Counted from the first letter of the stretch, positions 1 to 10,993 are shown. The stretch: 64,000 nucleotides of DNA from Candidatus Allofournierella merdavium (GCA_019118765.1 DWYI01000049.1:17059-81058), one strand, 5' to 3'. The notes: a model not told the origin generated them from the sequence alone. Made by a program: numbers and translations.

Positions 1-1368
1 TGCGTGCTGGCGGCAAACGGCATCACCGCCTTCCTCTATCCCCGCCTGGAGCCGACCCCGGCGCTGTCCTGGGCGGTGCGGGCCCAGGGGTGCGATGCCG
101 GCATCTGCATCACCGCCAGCCACAACCCCGCCAAATACAACGGGTACAAGGTGTACGGCGCGGACGGCTGCCAGATCACGGTGGAGGCGGCCAAGGCCAT
201 CCAGCAGGCCATCGACGGGGTGGACTGCTTTGAGGGCGTGGCCATCCTGCAGGAGGAAGAGGCCCGGGCCCGCGGCCTGCTGTGCGACACGCCCGAAGCG
301 GTGCTGGACGGGTTCGTGGACGCGGTCTATGAGCAGCGGATGCCGCTGTCCCAGCCGCTGCCCGCCCTGCGGGTGGTCTACACCCCGCTGAACGGCACGG
401 GCCTGGAGTGCGTGCGCCGCATCCTGGACCGGATCGGCATCACCGATGTGACCGTCGTGCCTGAGCAGGAGAAGCCGGACGGCAACTTCCCCACCTGCCC
501 CTACCCCAACCCGGAGATCCGCGAGGCGCTGCAGAAGGGCATCGAACTGTGCGAGACCGTGCAGCCGGACCTGCTGCTGGCCACCGACCCGGACTGCGAC
601 CGGGTGGGCATCGCCGTGAAGAACGAGGGCGAGTATGTGCTCCTCTCGGGCAACGAGGTGGGGGTGCTGCTCCTCGATTTCATCTGCCGCGTGCGGCGGC
701 AGGCGGGCACCATGCCCGCCGCGCCGGTGGCGGTGAGCACCATCGTCTCCACCGACATGGCGGACGCGGTGGCCCAAAAGTACGGGGTGGAACTGCGCCG
801 CACCCTCACCGGCTTCAAATTCATCGGCGAGCAGATCGGCCTGCTGGAAGGGCAGGGGCAGCGGGAGCGGTACATCTTCGGCTTTGAGGAGAGTTATGGG
901 TATCTCTCCGGCCCTCATGTGCGGGACAAGGACGGCGTGAACGCCTCCATGCTCATCTGCCAGATGGCGCAGTTCTACAAGGCGCAGGGCAAAAACCTGG
1001 CGCAGGCCATGGAGGAACTCTATCGGGAATTCGGCTGCTATCAGAACAGCCTGCACAGCTTCACCTTTGAGGGGCAGGCGGGCTTTTCCCGGATGCAGCA
1101 GATCATGCGCACGCTCCGCGAACAGCCGCCGGTGGCCATCGGCGGCCTGGCCGTGGAGAAGGTCGTGGACTACGCGGGCGGCCTGCATGGCCTGCCGAAG
1201 GCGGATGTGCTGGAATTCCACTGCGAGGGCGGCGCGAAAGCCATGGTGCGTCCCAGCGGCACCGAGCCCAAGATGAAGCTGTATCTGTTCGCCCGTGGAA
1301 AGGACCGCGCTCAGGCGCAGGCGGTCCTGGAGCGGCTGCGGGCAGGAATGGAAGGCAATTTGAAATGA
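1..1368 (+). CDS. alpha-D-phosphohexomutase (phosphoglucomutase/phosphomannomutase family); 5' end outside window
   Basis: Frame is open to the window edge. Catalytic Ser loop ITASHNPAKYNGYK, then GFEESYGY and RPSGTEPK loops typical of the family. Confidence 0.9.
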   Translation, partial: CVLAANGITAFLYPRLEPTPALSWAVRAQGCDAGICITASHNPAKYNGYKVYGADGCQITVEAAKAIQQAIDGVDCFEGVAILQEEEARARGLLCDTPEAVLDGFVDAVYEQRMPLSQPLPALRVVYTPLNGTGLECVRRILDRIGITDVTVVPEQEKPDGNFPTCPYPNPEIREALQKGIELCETVQPDLLLATDPDCDRVGIAVKNEGEYVLLSGNEVGVLLLDFICRVRRQAGTMPAAPVAVSTIVSTDMADAVAQKYGVELRRTLTGFKFIGEQIGLLEGQGQRERYIFGFEESYGYLSGPHVRDKDGVNASMLICQMAQFYKAQGKNLAQAMEELYREFGCYQNSLHSFTFEGQAGFSRMQQIMRTLREQPPVAIGGLAVEKVVDYAGGLHGLPKADVLEFHCEGGAKAMVRPSGTEPKMKLYLFARGKDRAQAQAVLERLRAGMEGNLK

Positions 1369-1375
1369 GAACAGG

Positions 1376-1418
1376 GTCCGCCCCGGCAGCACGCCGGGAC
1401 GGGCCTTTTCCTCGTTTG
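1376..1418 (+). terminator. putative intrinsic terminator after the phosphohexomutase gene
   Basis: Imperfect GC-rich hairpin (gtccgccccggc / gccgggacgggc) followed by cttttcctcgttt, a few nt after the stop codon. Confidence 0.5.
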
Positions 1419-1528
1419 GAGAACACGACTATCCGGCTCGACGGACGAACCCTGTCAAAGCGCGCTGGAAAAGACGCGAGAATTGGGAAAAAGTGCAGGA
1501 TTTTACATCCGTAAATCGGTACCGCACA

Positions 1529-1557
1529 TTGTCGTACACAGGGGAAAATGGTATAAT
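1529..1557 (+). promoter_or_regulatory. sigma-70-type promoter with extended -10, upstream of the glycan locus
   Basis: TTGTCG (1529-1534), 17-nt spacer, TGgTATAAT (1549-1557). Lies about 60 nt upstream of the first locus gene. Confidence 0.5.
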
Positions 1558-1615
1558 AAGAAAAATTCCGCTTACGCGGCGCGCCCTGCGCCGATTTGAA
1601 TAAGGAGATATTCCC

Positions 1616-3010
1616 GTGATCCGAAGAAACCAGAAACTTTTGAACGCGGTCAATATGATCTTGGACGCGATCCTCATCTTCTGCTCCTACCTGCTGGCCA
1701 CCTACATCCGGTTCGATGTGATGTACGGGGCTGCCCCGGCGCTGCAGCTGGCGTGGAACGCGGCCTTTTTTCGCGGCGCATTTTTCTACACGGTGGCGCT
1801 GGTGGGCGCCTTCTACGCCTTTCGGCTGTACGGTTCCTACCGGTTCCAGTCCCAGATCCGGGAACTGTCGGTAATCTTTCTGATCAACGCGGTGGGTGCC
1901 ACGGCGATCACCGCGTTTTTATATGTCACCCGGCTGGCCGATTTCTCCCGCCTGGCGATCTTCTTCTTCTTCATCCTGTCCACCGTTTCGGTCTCCCTCA
2001 AGCGGATCTGCCTGCGGGCGCTGCTGCGCCATTTCCGCAAGCTGGGCTACAACCAGAAGCATGTGATCGTGGTGGGCAACGGCCACTTTGCCCGGCAGTA
2101 TATGGAGGATGTGAAGGCGCGGCCCTATCTGGGATTCGTGGTGGACGGCTATGTGAGCAAGACCGAGAAGCCGGGCATGGGCCTGCGGCTGGGGGAGTAC
2201 GAGGAGCTGGAGTCGATCCTGGAAGCCCACGACACGGACGAGTTGATCGTGGCGCTGGAGCCCCATGAGATCCGCTTCATGGGGCAGGTGCTGGCCTGTG
2301 CCGACAAGGAGGGCATCAAGGTCTGCATCATCCCGTTCTACAACGATTACATCCCCACCCATCCCACCGTGGACGTGATGGGCCGCACCAAACTCATCAA
2401 CATCCGCACCACCCCGCTGGACAACGTGCTGTGGCAGATCGTCAAACGCGGGGTGGACATCGCGGGTTCGCTGTGCCTGATCGTGCTCACCAGCCCGGTG
2501 ATGCTGGCGGCGGCCATCGGAGTGCGGCTGTCCAGCCCGGGGCCGATCATCTTCCGGCAGGAGCGGGTGGGCAAAGACAAAAAGAAGTTTTGGATGTACA
2601 AGTTCCGCAGTATGCGGGTGAACGCCGCCGAGAACACCGCCTGGAGCACCGACGCCGACCCCCGCAAGACCCGGTTCGGCAGTTTCATCCGCAAGTACAG
2701 CATCGACGAGCTGCCTCAGCTGTTCAACGTCCTCAAGGGTGAGATGAGCCTGGTGGGGCCGCGGCCGGAGATCCCCTTTTATGTGCGGCATTTCAAGGAG
2801 GAGGTCCCGCTGTATCTGGTGCGCCAACAGGTGCGGCCGGGCATGACCGGCTGGGCGCAGGTCCACGGCCTGCGGGGCGACACCAGCATTGAAAAGCGGG
2901 TGGAATACGACATCTGGTACATCGAGAACTGGACCCTGTGGCTGGACATCCGCATCCTGTTCATGACGGCCTTCGGCGGGATGAAAAACAACGAGCAGAT
3001 CGCCAGATGA
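1616..3010 (+). CDS. polyprenyl-phosphate hexose-1-phosphate transferase (WbaP/WcaJ/WsaP-type initiating enzyme)
   Basis: GTG start behind aaggaga. N-terminal multi-TM region. C-terminal bacterial sugar-transferase domain with KFRSM, DELPQLFNVLKGEMSLVGPRPE and RPGMTGWAQV motifs. Confidence 0.9.
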   Translation: MIRRNQKLLNAVNMILDAILIFCSYLLATYIRFDVMYGAAPALQLAWNAAFFRGAFFYTVALVGAFYAFRLYGSYRFQSQIRELSVIFLINAVGATAITAFLYVTRLADFSRLAIFFFFILSTVSVSLKRICLRALLRHFRKLGYNQKHVIVVGNGHFARQYMEDVKARPYLGFVVDGYVSKTEKPGMGLRLGEYEELESILEAHDTDELIVALEPHEIRFMGQVLACADKEGIKVCIIPFYNDYIPTHPTVDVMGRTKLINIRTTPLDNVLWQIVKRGVDIAGSLCLIVLTSPVMLAAAIGVRLSSPGPIIFRQERVGKDKKKFWMYKFRSMRVNAAENTAWSTDADPRKTRFGSFIRKYSIDELPQLFNVLKGEMSLVGPRPEIPFYVRHFKEEVPLYLVRQQVRPGMTGWAQVHGLRGDTSIEKRVEYDIWYIENWTLWLDIRILFMTAFGGMKNNEQIAR

Positions 3011-3027
3011 CGGCAAAGGAGTCGTTT

Positions 3028-4140
3028 ATGGAAGGACCGATGCGCGTGGCGCAGGTGTTGAACCGCATGGAGAGCGGGGGCATCGAGGCGGTGGTGATGA
3101 ACTATTACCGCCACATCGACCGGGAGAAGGTGCAGTTCGACTTTTATTTTTTCGAGGGCAGCGCCCTGCCCCAGCGGGAAGAGCTGGAGCGGCTGGGGGC
3201 GGGGCTCTATCCCATCCCCGCTTACAGCCGTCCGCTGGCCTATCACCGGGCGCTGTACCGTGCGTTCAAGGCCGCCGGCTACGCCGTCGTGCACGCCCAT
3301 CTGTCCACTATGTCGGTGTTTGCCCTCTTCGCCGCCTGGCGCGCCGGGGTGCCGGTGCGGATCTGCCACAACCACTCCACCGCCCATTGGGGCGAGGGGA
3401 AAAAGACCCTGCTGAAATACCTTCTGCGCCCCTTCAACAAGCTGTTTGCCACCGAGTATTTTGCCTGCGGCGAAAAAGCCGGCCGCTGGATGTACGGCAG
3501 GCGCAGCTTCGAGGACGGAAAGGTGTATGTAATGCCCAATGCCATCGATGTGGGGCGGTTTGCGTACGATCCGGCCGCCCGCAGCCGCTTGCGCGGGGAG
3601 CTGGCCATCCCGGAGGCCGCCTTTGTGGTGGGCCATGTGGGCCGCTTTGTCTACCCCAAGAACCATGGCTTTCTGCTGCGGGTGTTTCAGCAGACGGCAG
3701 CTCTGCGCCAGGATGCCTGGCTGCTTCTGGTGGGCGATGGCGAGCGGATGGAGCAGGTCAGGGCGCAGGCGGAGGAGATGGGCCTTGGGGACCGGGTCTG
3801 CTTTACCGGCGCCCGCCCCGACGCGGCGATGCTGTATTCTGCCATGGATGTGTTCTGCCTGCCCAGCTTTTACGAGGGGGTGCCCGTCGTGGCTGTGGAG
3901 GCCCAGGCAAACGGGCTTCCCTGCGTACTCTCCGACCGCGTAACGGCCGAGGTGCTCCTGTCACCCAACTCCCTGCGGCTCCCCCTGGGGGATGCCGGGC
4001 AGTGGGCGCGACTTCTGACCGGTCTGCAAAGAGGGACGGGCGCTTTGCCGGCAGACGAGTACGACATCACGGCGCAGGCGGCGGAACTGGAACGCTTTTA
4101 TCTGAGCCATTCCCACGAATTGAGTTTTTTTGCATCGTAA
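3028..4140 (+). CDS. glycosyltransferase family 4 (GT-B)
   Basis: ORF 2938..4140 trimmed to the in-frame ATG at 3028 behind aaggag. C-terminal FCLPSFYEGVPVVAVEAQANGLPCV (E-x7-E type) motif. Confidence 0.85.
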   Translation: MEGPMRVAQVLNRMESGGIEAVVMNYYRHIDREKVQFDFYFFEGSALPQREELERLGAGLYPIPAYSRPLAYHRALYRAFKAAGYAVVHAHLSTMSVFALFAAWRAGVPVRICHNHSTAHWGEGKKTLLKYLLRPFNKLFATEYFACGEKAGRWMYGRRSFEDGKVYVMPNAIDVGRFAYDPAARSRLRGELAIPEAAFVVGHVGRFVYPKNHGFLLRVFQQTAALRQDAWLLLVGDGERMEQVRAQAEEMGLGDRVCFTGARPDAAMLYSAMDVFCLPSFYEGVPVVAVEAQANGLPCVLSDRVTAEVLLSPNSLRLPLGDAGQWARLLTGLQRGTGALPADEYDITAQAAELERFYLSHSHELSFFAS

Positions 4141-4162
4141 AATGTAAGTTGTTGTCTGTCGA

Positions 4163-4192
4163 TTTACAGCGAACAGGCAGATATGGTATAAT
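4163..4192 (+). promoter_or_regulatory. possible internal promoter with extended -10
   Basis: TTTACA (4163-4168), 18-nt spacer, TGgTATAAT (4184-4192), in the 99-nt gap between two GT genes. Same TGgTATAAT element as at 1549. Confidence 0.4.
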
Positions 4193-4239
4193 GCTGTGAT
4201 ACCAGCGGCAGACTTCTGGATCCCAAGGAGGGCAAAGCG

Positions 4240-5361
4240 GTGAAATCCGTCACGGTCAACGCGCTGCAATTCAAAAAAAACAGTTCCGGGATCGGAGTCA
4301 TGATCCGGGAACTGTTTTCCCGCTATACCCTGATTACCTCCCGCCATTGCCGGGTGATCCTCCCAAAGGACGGCCCGGATTTTCCGGCCTCGCCGGACAC
4401 AGAGATCGTCCGCATCCCCTGGACGTACGGACAGGGGATCCGCCGCATCCTTTTTCAGACGCTGACGATGGGGCGCAGGTATGGCAAAGACGCCATTTTG
4501 CTCACCACGGATTCAAAGGCTCCGCTGCTGGTGGACCGCAGCTGTACCCTGGTGCCGCTGGTCACGGATCTGGCGGTGTTTCGCATGCCGCAGGTCTACA
4601 AGGCCTCCCGGGCGCTGTGGTGGAAGCTGCAGTACCGCTACCTCTGCCGCCGGGCGGACTTCTTTCTGGCCATTTCGGAATTTACAAAGAGCGAGATGAC
4701 GCAGCTGCTGGGCATCCCGCCGGAGCGCATTCGCGTTGTGCCCTGCGCCGGGCCGGATTCTCTGGCGCCGGTGGAGGATCCGGAACAGCTGCGCCGCCTG
4801 CGGGAGAAATACGGCCTGCCGGAAAAATATTTGCTCTTTGTGGGCAATGCGAATCCCCGAAAAAATCTGGCACGGATGATCCGTGCGTTCGACAGCGCCG
4901 CGGACAGGCTGGCGGCCGACTGCCGTCTGGTCATCGCCGGCGAACAGGGATGGAAATTCTCAGAGGAGGACGCGCTGCGGGAGATCCGGCACAGGGAGCG
5001 GATCCACTTCATCGGCTTTGTGGAGGACGGGGATATGCCGGCGCTCTACTCGGCGGCGGAACTGTTTCTGTTTCCCACCCTCTACGAAGGGTTCGGCATC
5101 CCGGTGATCGAGGCACAGATGTGCGGCACGCCGGTCCTGACCAGCAACTGTTCGTCACTGCCGGAAGTGGCCGGCGACGCAGCCGTGTATGTGGACCCGT
5201 ACAGCGAAGAGTCCATCACCGACGGGCTCCTGCGGGCGTTGGGCGACCCGCGTCTCGCCGCGGACCTGCGGCGCAAGGGGCTGGAAAACGCCCGTCGGTT
5301 CTCCTGGCAGAAGTCGGCGGAACTGCTGGAAAAGATCATCAGCGAGGAAGTGAAGCAATGA
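4240..5361 (+). CDS. GT4 glycosyltransferase, mannosyl/rhamnosyl-transferase-like (WbdB/C, WbpX/Y/Z-like)
   Basis: GTG start behind aaggaggg. Motifs LLFVGNANPRKN and FLFPTLYEGFGIPVIEAQMCGTPVLTSNCSSLPEV. Confidence 0.85.
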   Translation: MKSVTVNALQFKKNSSGIGVMIRELFSRYTLITSRHCRVILPKDGPDFPASPDTEIVRIPWTYGQGIRRILFQTLTMGRRYGKDAILLTTDSKAPLLVDRSCTLVPLVTDLAVFRMPQVYKASRALWWKLQYRYLCRRADFFLAISEFTKSEMTQLLGIPPERIRVVPCAGPDSLAPVEDPEQLRRLREKYGLPEKYLLFVGNANPRKNLARMIRAFDSAADRLAADCRLVIAGEQGWKFSEEDALREIRHRERIHFIGFVEDGDMPALYSAAELFLFPTLYEGFGIPVIEAQMCGTPVLTSNCSSLPEVAGDAAVYVDPYSEESITDGLLRALGDPRLAADLRRKGLENARRFSWQKSAELLEKIISEEVKQ

Positions 5362-6479
5362 GGGTGGCACTGGAACTGCAGTCCTGCTGCGGCAACCGTT
5401 CCGGCATTGGGACCTACACCTACGAACTGGCGCGCCGGCTGAAGAACGGGGATGGGCTGGAGTTTTCCGGGAATGTGTTCGACTTTCCGCTTCGCAGGAG
5501 CAACCTGGATTTCGTGAAAGACATCCATATGCCTGTCCACATCCAGAGAAGCATGCCCTATGGGGTCTACCGAAGGATCTGGGATTTTGTGCCGCTGCCC
5601 TACGGCATGATGTTCCCGCCGGCGGATGTGAATGTATTCTTCAACTTCATCGTGCCACCCCGGGTGCGGGGTAGATGCATTGCCGCGGTGTACGACATGA
5701 CCTATCTGCGGTACCCGGAGACGATGAAAGAAAGCAACCTGCGCAACCTGGAAAAGAACATGGTGCGCAGCCTGGAGCGCAGCGACGGGATCATAACCAT
5801 TTCGGAATTTTCGAAGCGTGAGATCTGCGATTTGCTGGGCGTGCCAAAGGAAAAGGTCCATGTCGTCTACTGTGCCGCGTCCCTGCCGCAGCGGCAAAGC
5901 CCCCAAGAACAGGTGCGCGCCCGGTTCGGCATCCGGGGACCCTACCTTTTGTATGTGGGCACGGTGGAACCGAGGAAAAACCTGCGCCGGCTGCTGCGGG
6001 CCTACCGGCGGCTGAAGCGGGAGGAGAATATCCCCCATCAGCTGGTCTGCGTGGGGGCGAACGGCTGGAACTCCCGGGAGATCTATCAGGAAGCGGAGGA
6101 ATTTCAGGGTTCCGGCGATGTAGTCTTCACCGGCTACGTCTCGGCGGAGGACAAGGCTGCCCTGTACGCCGGCAGCGACGCCTTTGTGTTCCCCTCCCTC
6201 TACGAGGGTTTCGGCATGCCGCCGCTGGAGGCCATGCACCTCGGCTGCCCGGTGGTGTGCGCCAACGCAGCCTCGTTGCCGGAGATCGTGGGGCAGGCCG
6301 CCGAGCTGGTTGATCCGCTGGACGATGCCGACATCGCCCGGGGCATCCGCCGCCTGCTGTCGGACCGGGAATACGCCCAAAGTCTGGCCGAGACGGGCCG
6401 CCGGCAGGCGCAGCGCTTCAGTTGGGAGCGATCGGCGGAAAAATTTGTAAAGACGATCATGGCAGTGGCGGAACAGTGA
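5358..6479 (+). CDS. GT4 glycosyltransferase, paralogue of the preceding gene
   Basis: The 710-aa track ORF is trimmed to ATG 5358, which overlaps the upstream stop (ATGA). Motifs LLYVGTVEPRKN and FVFPSLYEGFGMPPLEAMHLGCPVVCANAASLPEI. Confidence 0.85.
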   Translation: MRVALELQSCCGNRSGIGTYTYELARRLKNGDGLEFSGNVFDFPLRRSNLDFVKDIHMPVHIQRSMPYGVYRRIWDFVPLPYGMMFPPADVNVFFNFIVPPRVRGRCIAAVYDMTYLRYPETMKESNLRNLEKNMVRSLERSDGIITISEFSKREICDLLGVPKEKVHVVYCAASLPQRQSPQEQVRARFGIRGPYLLYVGTVEPRKNLRRLLRAYRRLKREENIPHQLVCVGANGWNSREIYQEAEEFQGSGDVVFTGYVSAEDKAALYAGSDAFVFPSLYEGFGMPPLEAMHLGCPVVCANAASLPEIVGQAAELVDPLDDADIARGIRRLLSDREYAQSLAETGRRQAQRFSWERSAEKFVKTIMAVAEQ

Positions 6480-6509
6480 ATTGCCATTGCCCCAGAAAGG
6501 AGCCAGGGT

Positions 6510-7772
6510 GTGGTAAGCGAAGGCATGAAAGACAATTTTGCCTGGGACGTAAAGCTGGAAGGCACCATAACAGGTGGCCTCTGTTGGGACAATCTGACCA
6601 GGAGCCGCATGCAGGACCCACGGGCATTGGAGCGATTCGGTTATAAGGTGTACTCTCAGAATGACGAAGATGACATTCTGCAGGAAATCTTTCGAAGAAT
6701 CGGCACCACCAACAAGATATTTGTGGAGTTCGGAACGCAGGACGGACTGGAGAGCATCGGACATTATCTGCTACTCTGTGGCTGGTCGGGGTTGTGGATA
6801 GAAGGCGATGAGGGAGCGGTGAAACGCCTGCAGTCTCGCTTCCGGCCGGCAATCGATGCCCAGCGGCTTCGGGTGCTGAATGCGTTTATCACCAGGGATA
6901 ATATCAATTCGCTGATCACTTCGGCTGGGATGCAGGGGCAGATCGACCTGCTCTCTGTCGACGTGGATGGAAACGACTACTATATTTGGAAGGCGATCGA
7001 TGCCGTTTTGCCCCGTGTGGCAATCGTGGAATTCAATGGTAAGATGCCACCAGATCTCGATTGGAAGATGGCCTACGATGCGGACCATATTTGGGATGGT
7101 TCGGACCGGCATGGCGCTTCTCTGAAAGCGCTTGAACTTTTGGGCAGAGAAAAGGGATACACATTGGTTGGAACCAGCCTGAACGGTGTGAATGCGTTTT
7201 TTGTCAGGGATGATTTGGTAAATGACTCCTTTTTGGCGCCACATACGGCTGAGTATCTGTATAACCCTCTGCGCCTGGATTTGAAGTTCGTCACAAATCA
7301 TCCGTCCCGGTATTTCCTGGGACTCCAGCGGGAGGGATATGGGCTTCTTGACTACTGTGATGTGGAATTGGTGATGGGGTTTCACAGTGTGGAGTATTGG
7401 GAAGGCGTCTCGTCAAAACAGTTTGCCTGGACATCTGAGGAAAAGAGTGTGTTGCGCCTGTTAAAATGCAGAGCAGGGGATACTTGTGTGATTCCCTGCC
7501 TGTTTCCTGAGCAAGCGTCAGAGGGCGGGGAGGTTATCTGTGAACTGGATGTATCCTCTAATTCACCTGGCGGCGAGAAAATGTATGCCGTAAAAGGGAA
7601 AAATGCAATTTACATCTACGACATCGGGGATTTGCCGCAGGGGGCGATCATCCGGCTTGCCATTTGCCATCAGAAACTGTGGATCCCCAGCGAGACAACG
7701 GAATCGTGCGATACCCGCAGACTGGGAATCGGCATCCGTTTCTCAGAGATAGAGTTCCTTTCTGCCAAATAA
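6510..7772 (+). CDS. FkbM-family (Methyltransf_21-like) methyltransferase with a ~150-aa C-terminal domain of unknown function
   Basis: YSQNDEDDIL..FVEFGTQDG..GWSGLWIEGD..IDLLSVDVDGNDY pattern typical of FkbM-like methyltransferases. RBS aaaggag 7 nt upstream of the GTG. DNA becomes visibly AT-richer from here. Confidence 0.7.
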   Translation: MVSEGMKDNFAWDVKLEGTITGGLCWDNLTRSRMQDPRALERFGYKVYSQNDEDDILQEIFRRIGTTNKIFVEFGTQDGLESIGHYLLLCGWSGLWIEGDEGAVKRLQSRFRPAIDAQRLRVLNAFITRDNINSLITSAGMQGQIDLLSVDVDGNDYYIWKAIDAVLPRVAIVEFNGKMPPDLDWKMAYDADHIWDGSDRHGASLKALELLGREKGYTLVGTSLNGVNAFFVRDDLVNDSFLAPHTAEYLYNPLRLDLKFVTNHPSRYFLGLQREGYGLLDYCDVELVMGFHSVEYWEGVSSKQFAWTSEEKSVLRLLKCRAGDTCVIPCLFPEQASEGGEVICELDVSSNSPGGEKMYAVKGKNAIYIYDIGDLPQGAIIRLAICHQKLWIPSETTESCDTRRLGIGIRFSEIEFLSAK

Positions 7773-7813
7773 AACTCTCAAAAGCAACCACCCATAGAAA
7801 AGGAGAGATCACG

Positions 7814-8884
7814 ATGAAGAAAACAGCGTTGATCATGGCGGGCGGCCGGGGCGAACGCTTCTGGCCGAAAAGCCGGAAGGATATGCCCAAGCAGTTCCTT
7901 TCACTGACCGACGATGGAAAAACGATGATCCAGCTCACGGTGGAGCGCATCCTTCCGCTGGTGGAGATGGAGGATATCTACATCGCAACCAACAGAGATT
8001 ATAAAGATCTGGTGCGCCGGCAGTTGCCGGGCATTCCGGAGGAGAACATCCTCTGCGAGCCGGTGGGGAAAAACACCGCCCCCTGCATCGGGCTGGGTGC
8101 GGTCCATATGCAGAAAAAATACGGAGACGCCACGATGATCGTGCTGCCGTCCGACCATTTGATCAAATACACCAACATCTTTGTGAACACCCTGTCCGAA
8201 GCATGTAAGGTGGCGGAACAAGGGGAAAATCTGGTCACCCTGGGGATCACGGCCGACAGCCCCGAGACGGGGTATGGATATATCAAGTTCCGGACGGAGG
8301 AGGCGATCGGCAACGCCTTTGCCGTGGAGAAATTTGTGGAGAAACCGGATCTGGAAACCGCGAAAAAGTACGTGGCTTCGGAACAGTACCTGTGGAACAG
8401 CGGGATGTTCATCTGGAAGGTCTCCACGATCCTGAATAATATGCAGGCCTATCTGCCCAGGATCCATGAGGGCCTGTGCCGCATCGGGGACGCCATCGGC
8501 ACGGAACGGCAGGACGAGGTCCTGGAGAAGGAATTCTCCGCTTTTGACGCCGAGTCTGTGGATTACGGCATCATGGAAAAGGCGAAAAATATCTTTATCC
8601 TCGCGGGAACATTCGGCTGGGACGATGTGGGTTCCTGGCTCGCGGTGGGCCGGATCAAAGCGGGCGACGAACTGGGCAATGTAATAGATGGCAATGTTGT
8701 GATGGTGGAAACAAAAAATACCATCATCCAAGGCACGCAGAAGCTGATCGCCGCCGTGGGGTTGGAGGATCTGGTCGTGGTGGATACAGAGGACGCGCTC
8801 CTCATCTGCGACAAGAACAGCACCGGAGACATCAAGAAGGTGCTGGAGCGCCTGCGGGAAAAAAACCAGACGAAGTATCTTTGA
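7814..8884 (+). CDS. manC: mannose-1-phosphate guanylyltransferase
   Basis: Track ORF trimmed to ATG 7814 behind aaaggaga. N-terminal [14 protein letters not shown] nucleotidyltransferase loop, plus EKPD and WNSGMFIW motifs. Confidence 0.9.
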   Translation: MKKTALIMAGGRGERFWPKSRKDMPKQFLSLTDDGKTMIQLTVERILPLVEMEDIYIATNRDYKDLVRRQLPGIPEENILCEPVGKNTAPCIGLGAVHMQKKYGDATMIVLPSDHLIKYTNIFVNTLSEACKVAEQGENLVTLGITADSPETGYGYIKFRTEEAIGNAFAVEKFVEKPDLETAKKYVASEQYLWNSGMFIWKVSTILNNMQAYLPRIHEGLCRIGDAIGTERQDEVLEKEFSAFDAESVDYGIMEKAKNIFILAGTFGWDDVGSWLAVGRIKAGDELGNVIDGNVVMVETKNTIIQGTQKLIAAVGLEDLVVVDTEDALLICDKNSTGDIKKVLERLREKNQTKYL

Positions 8885-8916
8885 TTAAAACAGACACACA
8901 AGAAAGGGAGAAAAAC

Positions 8917-9957
8917 ATGAAAAAAGCATTGATCACCGGCATCACCGGGCAGGACGGTTCTTATCTGGCGGAGTTGCTGCTGGAAAAGGGATATGAGGTG
9001 CACGGCATCACCCGCCGCGCTTCGCTGCCCAACACCGACCGCATCGAGCACCTGCTGGGCAGGATCACCCTGCACGATGGCGATTTGAGCGACTCCAGCA
9101 GCCTGGTGCGCATTCTGAGCATCGTGCGGCCGGATGAGGTGTACAACCTGGCGGCCCAGAGCCATGTGCAGGTGAGCTTTGACGTGCCGGAATACTCCGG
9201 CGATGTGGACGCTTTGGGCGTGCTGCGGCTGCTGGAGGCGATCCGCATCCTGGGTCTGACCAAGACCTGCCGGTTCTACCAGGCCTCCACCTCCGAACTG
9301 TTCGGCAAGGTGGAGGAGGTGCCCCAGCGGGAGACCACCCCCTTCCACCCCTACAGCCCCTACGCCGTCGCCAAGCAGTACGGATTCTGGATGGTGAAGG
9401 AGTATCGGGAGGCCTACGGCATGTTCGCGGTCAACGGCATCCTGTTCAACCACGAGTCCGAGCGCCGGGGCGAGAACTTCGTCAACCGCAAGATCACCCG
9501 CGCGGCGGGCCGCATCGCCTGCGGCCTGCAGGACAAGCTGCAGCTGGGCAACCTGGACAGCAAGCGCGACTGGGGCTACGCCAAAGACTATGTGGAGTGC
9601 ATGTGGCTGATGCTCCAGCACGACAAGCCCGAGGACTTCGTCATCGCCACCGGCGTTCAGCACACGGTGCGCGAGTTCACCACCCTGGCCTTCGCCCATG
9701 ACGGCATCGAGCTGGAGTGGCAGGGCAGCGGCATCGACGAGAAGGGCATCGACAAGGCCACCGGCAAGGTGCTGGTGGAGGTGAACGAGGCCTGGTTCCG
9801 TCCCACCGATGTGGACAACCTCTGGGGTGATCCCACCAAGGCCAAGACGGTGCTGGGCTGGAATCCCCAGACCACCAGCTACGAGCAGCTGTGCGCCATC
9901 ATGGCGGAGTACGACCTGCAGCTGGCCAAGAAGGAGAAGGCGGCGCTGGGCGAATAA
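8917..9957 (+). CDS. gmd: GDP-mannose 4,6-dehydratase
   Basis: [38 protein letters not shown] and [18 protein letters not shown] are highly characteristic of Gmd. Confidence 0.95.
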   Translation: MKKALITGITGQDGSYLAELLLEKGYEVHGITRRASLPNTDRIEHLLGRITLHDGDLSDSSSLVRILSIVRPDEVYNLAAQSHVQVSFDVPEYSGDVDALGVLRLLEAIRILGLTKTCRFYQASTSELFGKVEEVPQRETTPFHPYSPYAVAKQYGFWMVKEYREAYGMFAVNGILFNHESERRGENFVNRKITRAAGRIACGLQDKLQLGNLDSKRDWGYAKDYVECMWLMLQHDKPEDFVIATGVQHTVREFTTLAFAHDGIELEWQGSGIDEKGIDKATGKVLVEVNEAWFRPTDVDNLWGDPTKAKTVLGWNPQTTSYEQLCAIMAEYDLQLAKKEKAALGE

Positions 9958-10024
9958 TCGGACAAAACGAAATATCAGGGGGCGGCGCGGTGCAGCGATA
10001 CACCGCGCCAGAATGGGAGAGCGT

Positions 10025-10993
10025 ATGAAGGCTTTAGTGGTCGGGGCGTCCGGCTTTGTGGGCGATTATCTGATCGACGCGATCAAGGAGGATATGCTGT
10101 GCGAGGTGTATGCGACAAAGCTTCCGCAGCACAAGGCCTGGCGCGACGATATCGATGTGCTGGATCTGAACATCCTGGACGCACAGCAGGTGCGGGATTG
10201 CCTGCATCAGGTGGAGCCGGACTATATTTTCTACCTTGCGGCCCAGAGTTCCATCGCGAAATCCTGGGCCGACCCACCCCAGACCGTGCAGGTGAACGTA
10301 CAGGGAAGCCTCAATGTGCTGGATGGCATCCGCACCCTCCGCAACTCCCCCCGGGTGCTCATCGTCGGTTCCGGCGAGGAGTATGGGGCCATTCCGCCCG
10401 AGGCGGTACCCATCCGGGAGGAGACGCTGCTCAACCCGCAGAACATTTATGCGGCCACCAAGGCGTGTCAGAACATGATGGCGTCCATCTATGCGGCCGC
10501 TTACGGGTTGCAGCTGATCATGGTGCGGGCTTTCAATCACATGGGGCCGGGACAGCTGGATATCTTTGTGATCTCGGATTTCTGCCATCAGGCGGCGCGC
10601 ATCGAGGCTGGCCTTCAGGAACCGGTGATCCGGGTGGGCAACCTGCAGGCCAGGCGCGATTTCACCGATGTGCGGGACGTGGTGCGGGCCTACACACGGC
10701 TGATCCAGTTCGGACGTGCCGGCGAGACCTACAACGTGGGCAGCGGCCACGCCATCACCATCCGCTCGGCGCTGGACACGATCATCCAAAAGAGCAAAAA
10801 GCAGATTAGCGTGTTCGTGGACCCCAAAAAACTTCGCCCCATCGACGTGCCGGTGATCGAGGCAGATATCAGCAAGCTGTACGCGGCCACAGGCTGGCAG
10901 CCCCGCATCCCCTTTGAGCAGACCATCGAGGAGATGCTGGACTTTTGGAGAAAACAATGCGCGGAGGAGAAAACGGAATGCGTTCACTCATAA
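10025..10993 (+). CDS. GDP-4-keto-6-deoxy-D-mannose reductase family (Rmd / Tld-like SDR), copy 1
   Basis: GASGFVG Rossmann loop, YAATK catalytic motif, FNHMGPGQ and VGNLQARRDFTDVRDVV motifs typical of GDP-6-deoxy-D-mannose or -talose synthases. Confidence 0.8.
   Translation: MKALVVGASGFVGDYLIDAIKEDMLCEVYATKLPQHKAWRDDIDVLDLNILDAQQVRDCLHQVEPDYIFYLAAQSSIAKSWADPPQTVQVNVQGSLNVLDGIRTLRNSPRVLIVGSGEEYGAIPPEAVPIREETLLNPQNIYAATKACQNMMASIYAAAYGLQLIMVRAFNHMGPGQLDIFVISDFCHQAARIEAGLQEPVIRVGNLQARRDFTDVRDVVRAYTRLIQFGRAGETYNVGSGHAITIRSALDTIIQKSKKQISVFVDPKKLRPIDVPVIEADISKLYAATGWQPRIPFEQTIEEMLDFWRKQCAEEKTECVHS

Noticed and set aside
4347-5357. N-terminal 337 aa of the 710-aa track ORF 4347..6479
   Set aside because: This part overlaps the well-supported GT4 gene 4240..5361 in another frame and is Gly/Arg/Ala/Pro-rich. 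The real gene starts at ATG 5358, which overlaps the upstream stop.
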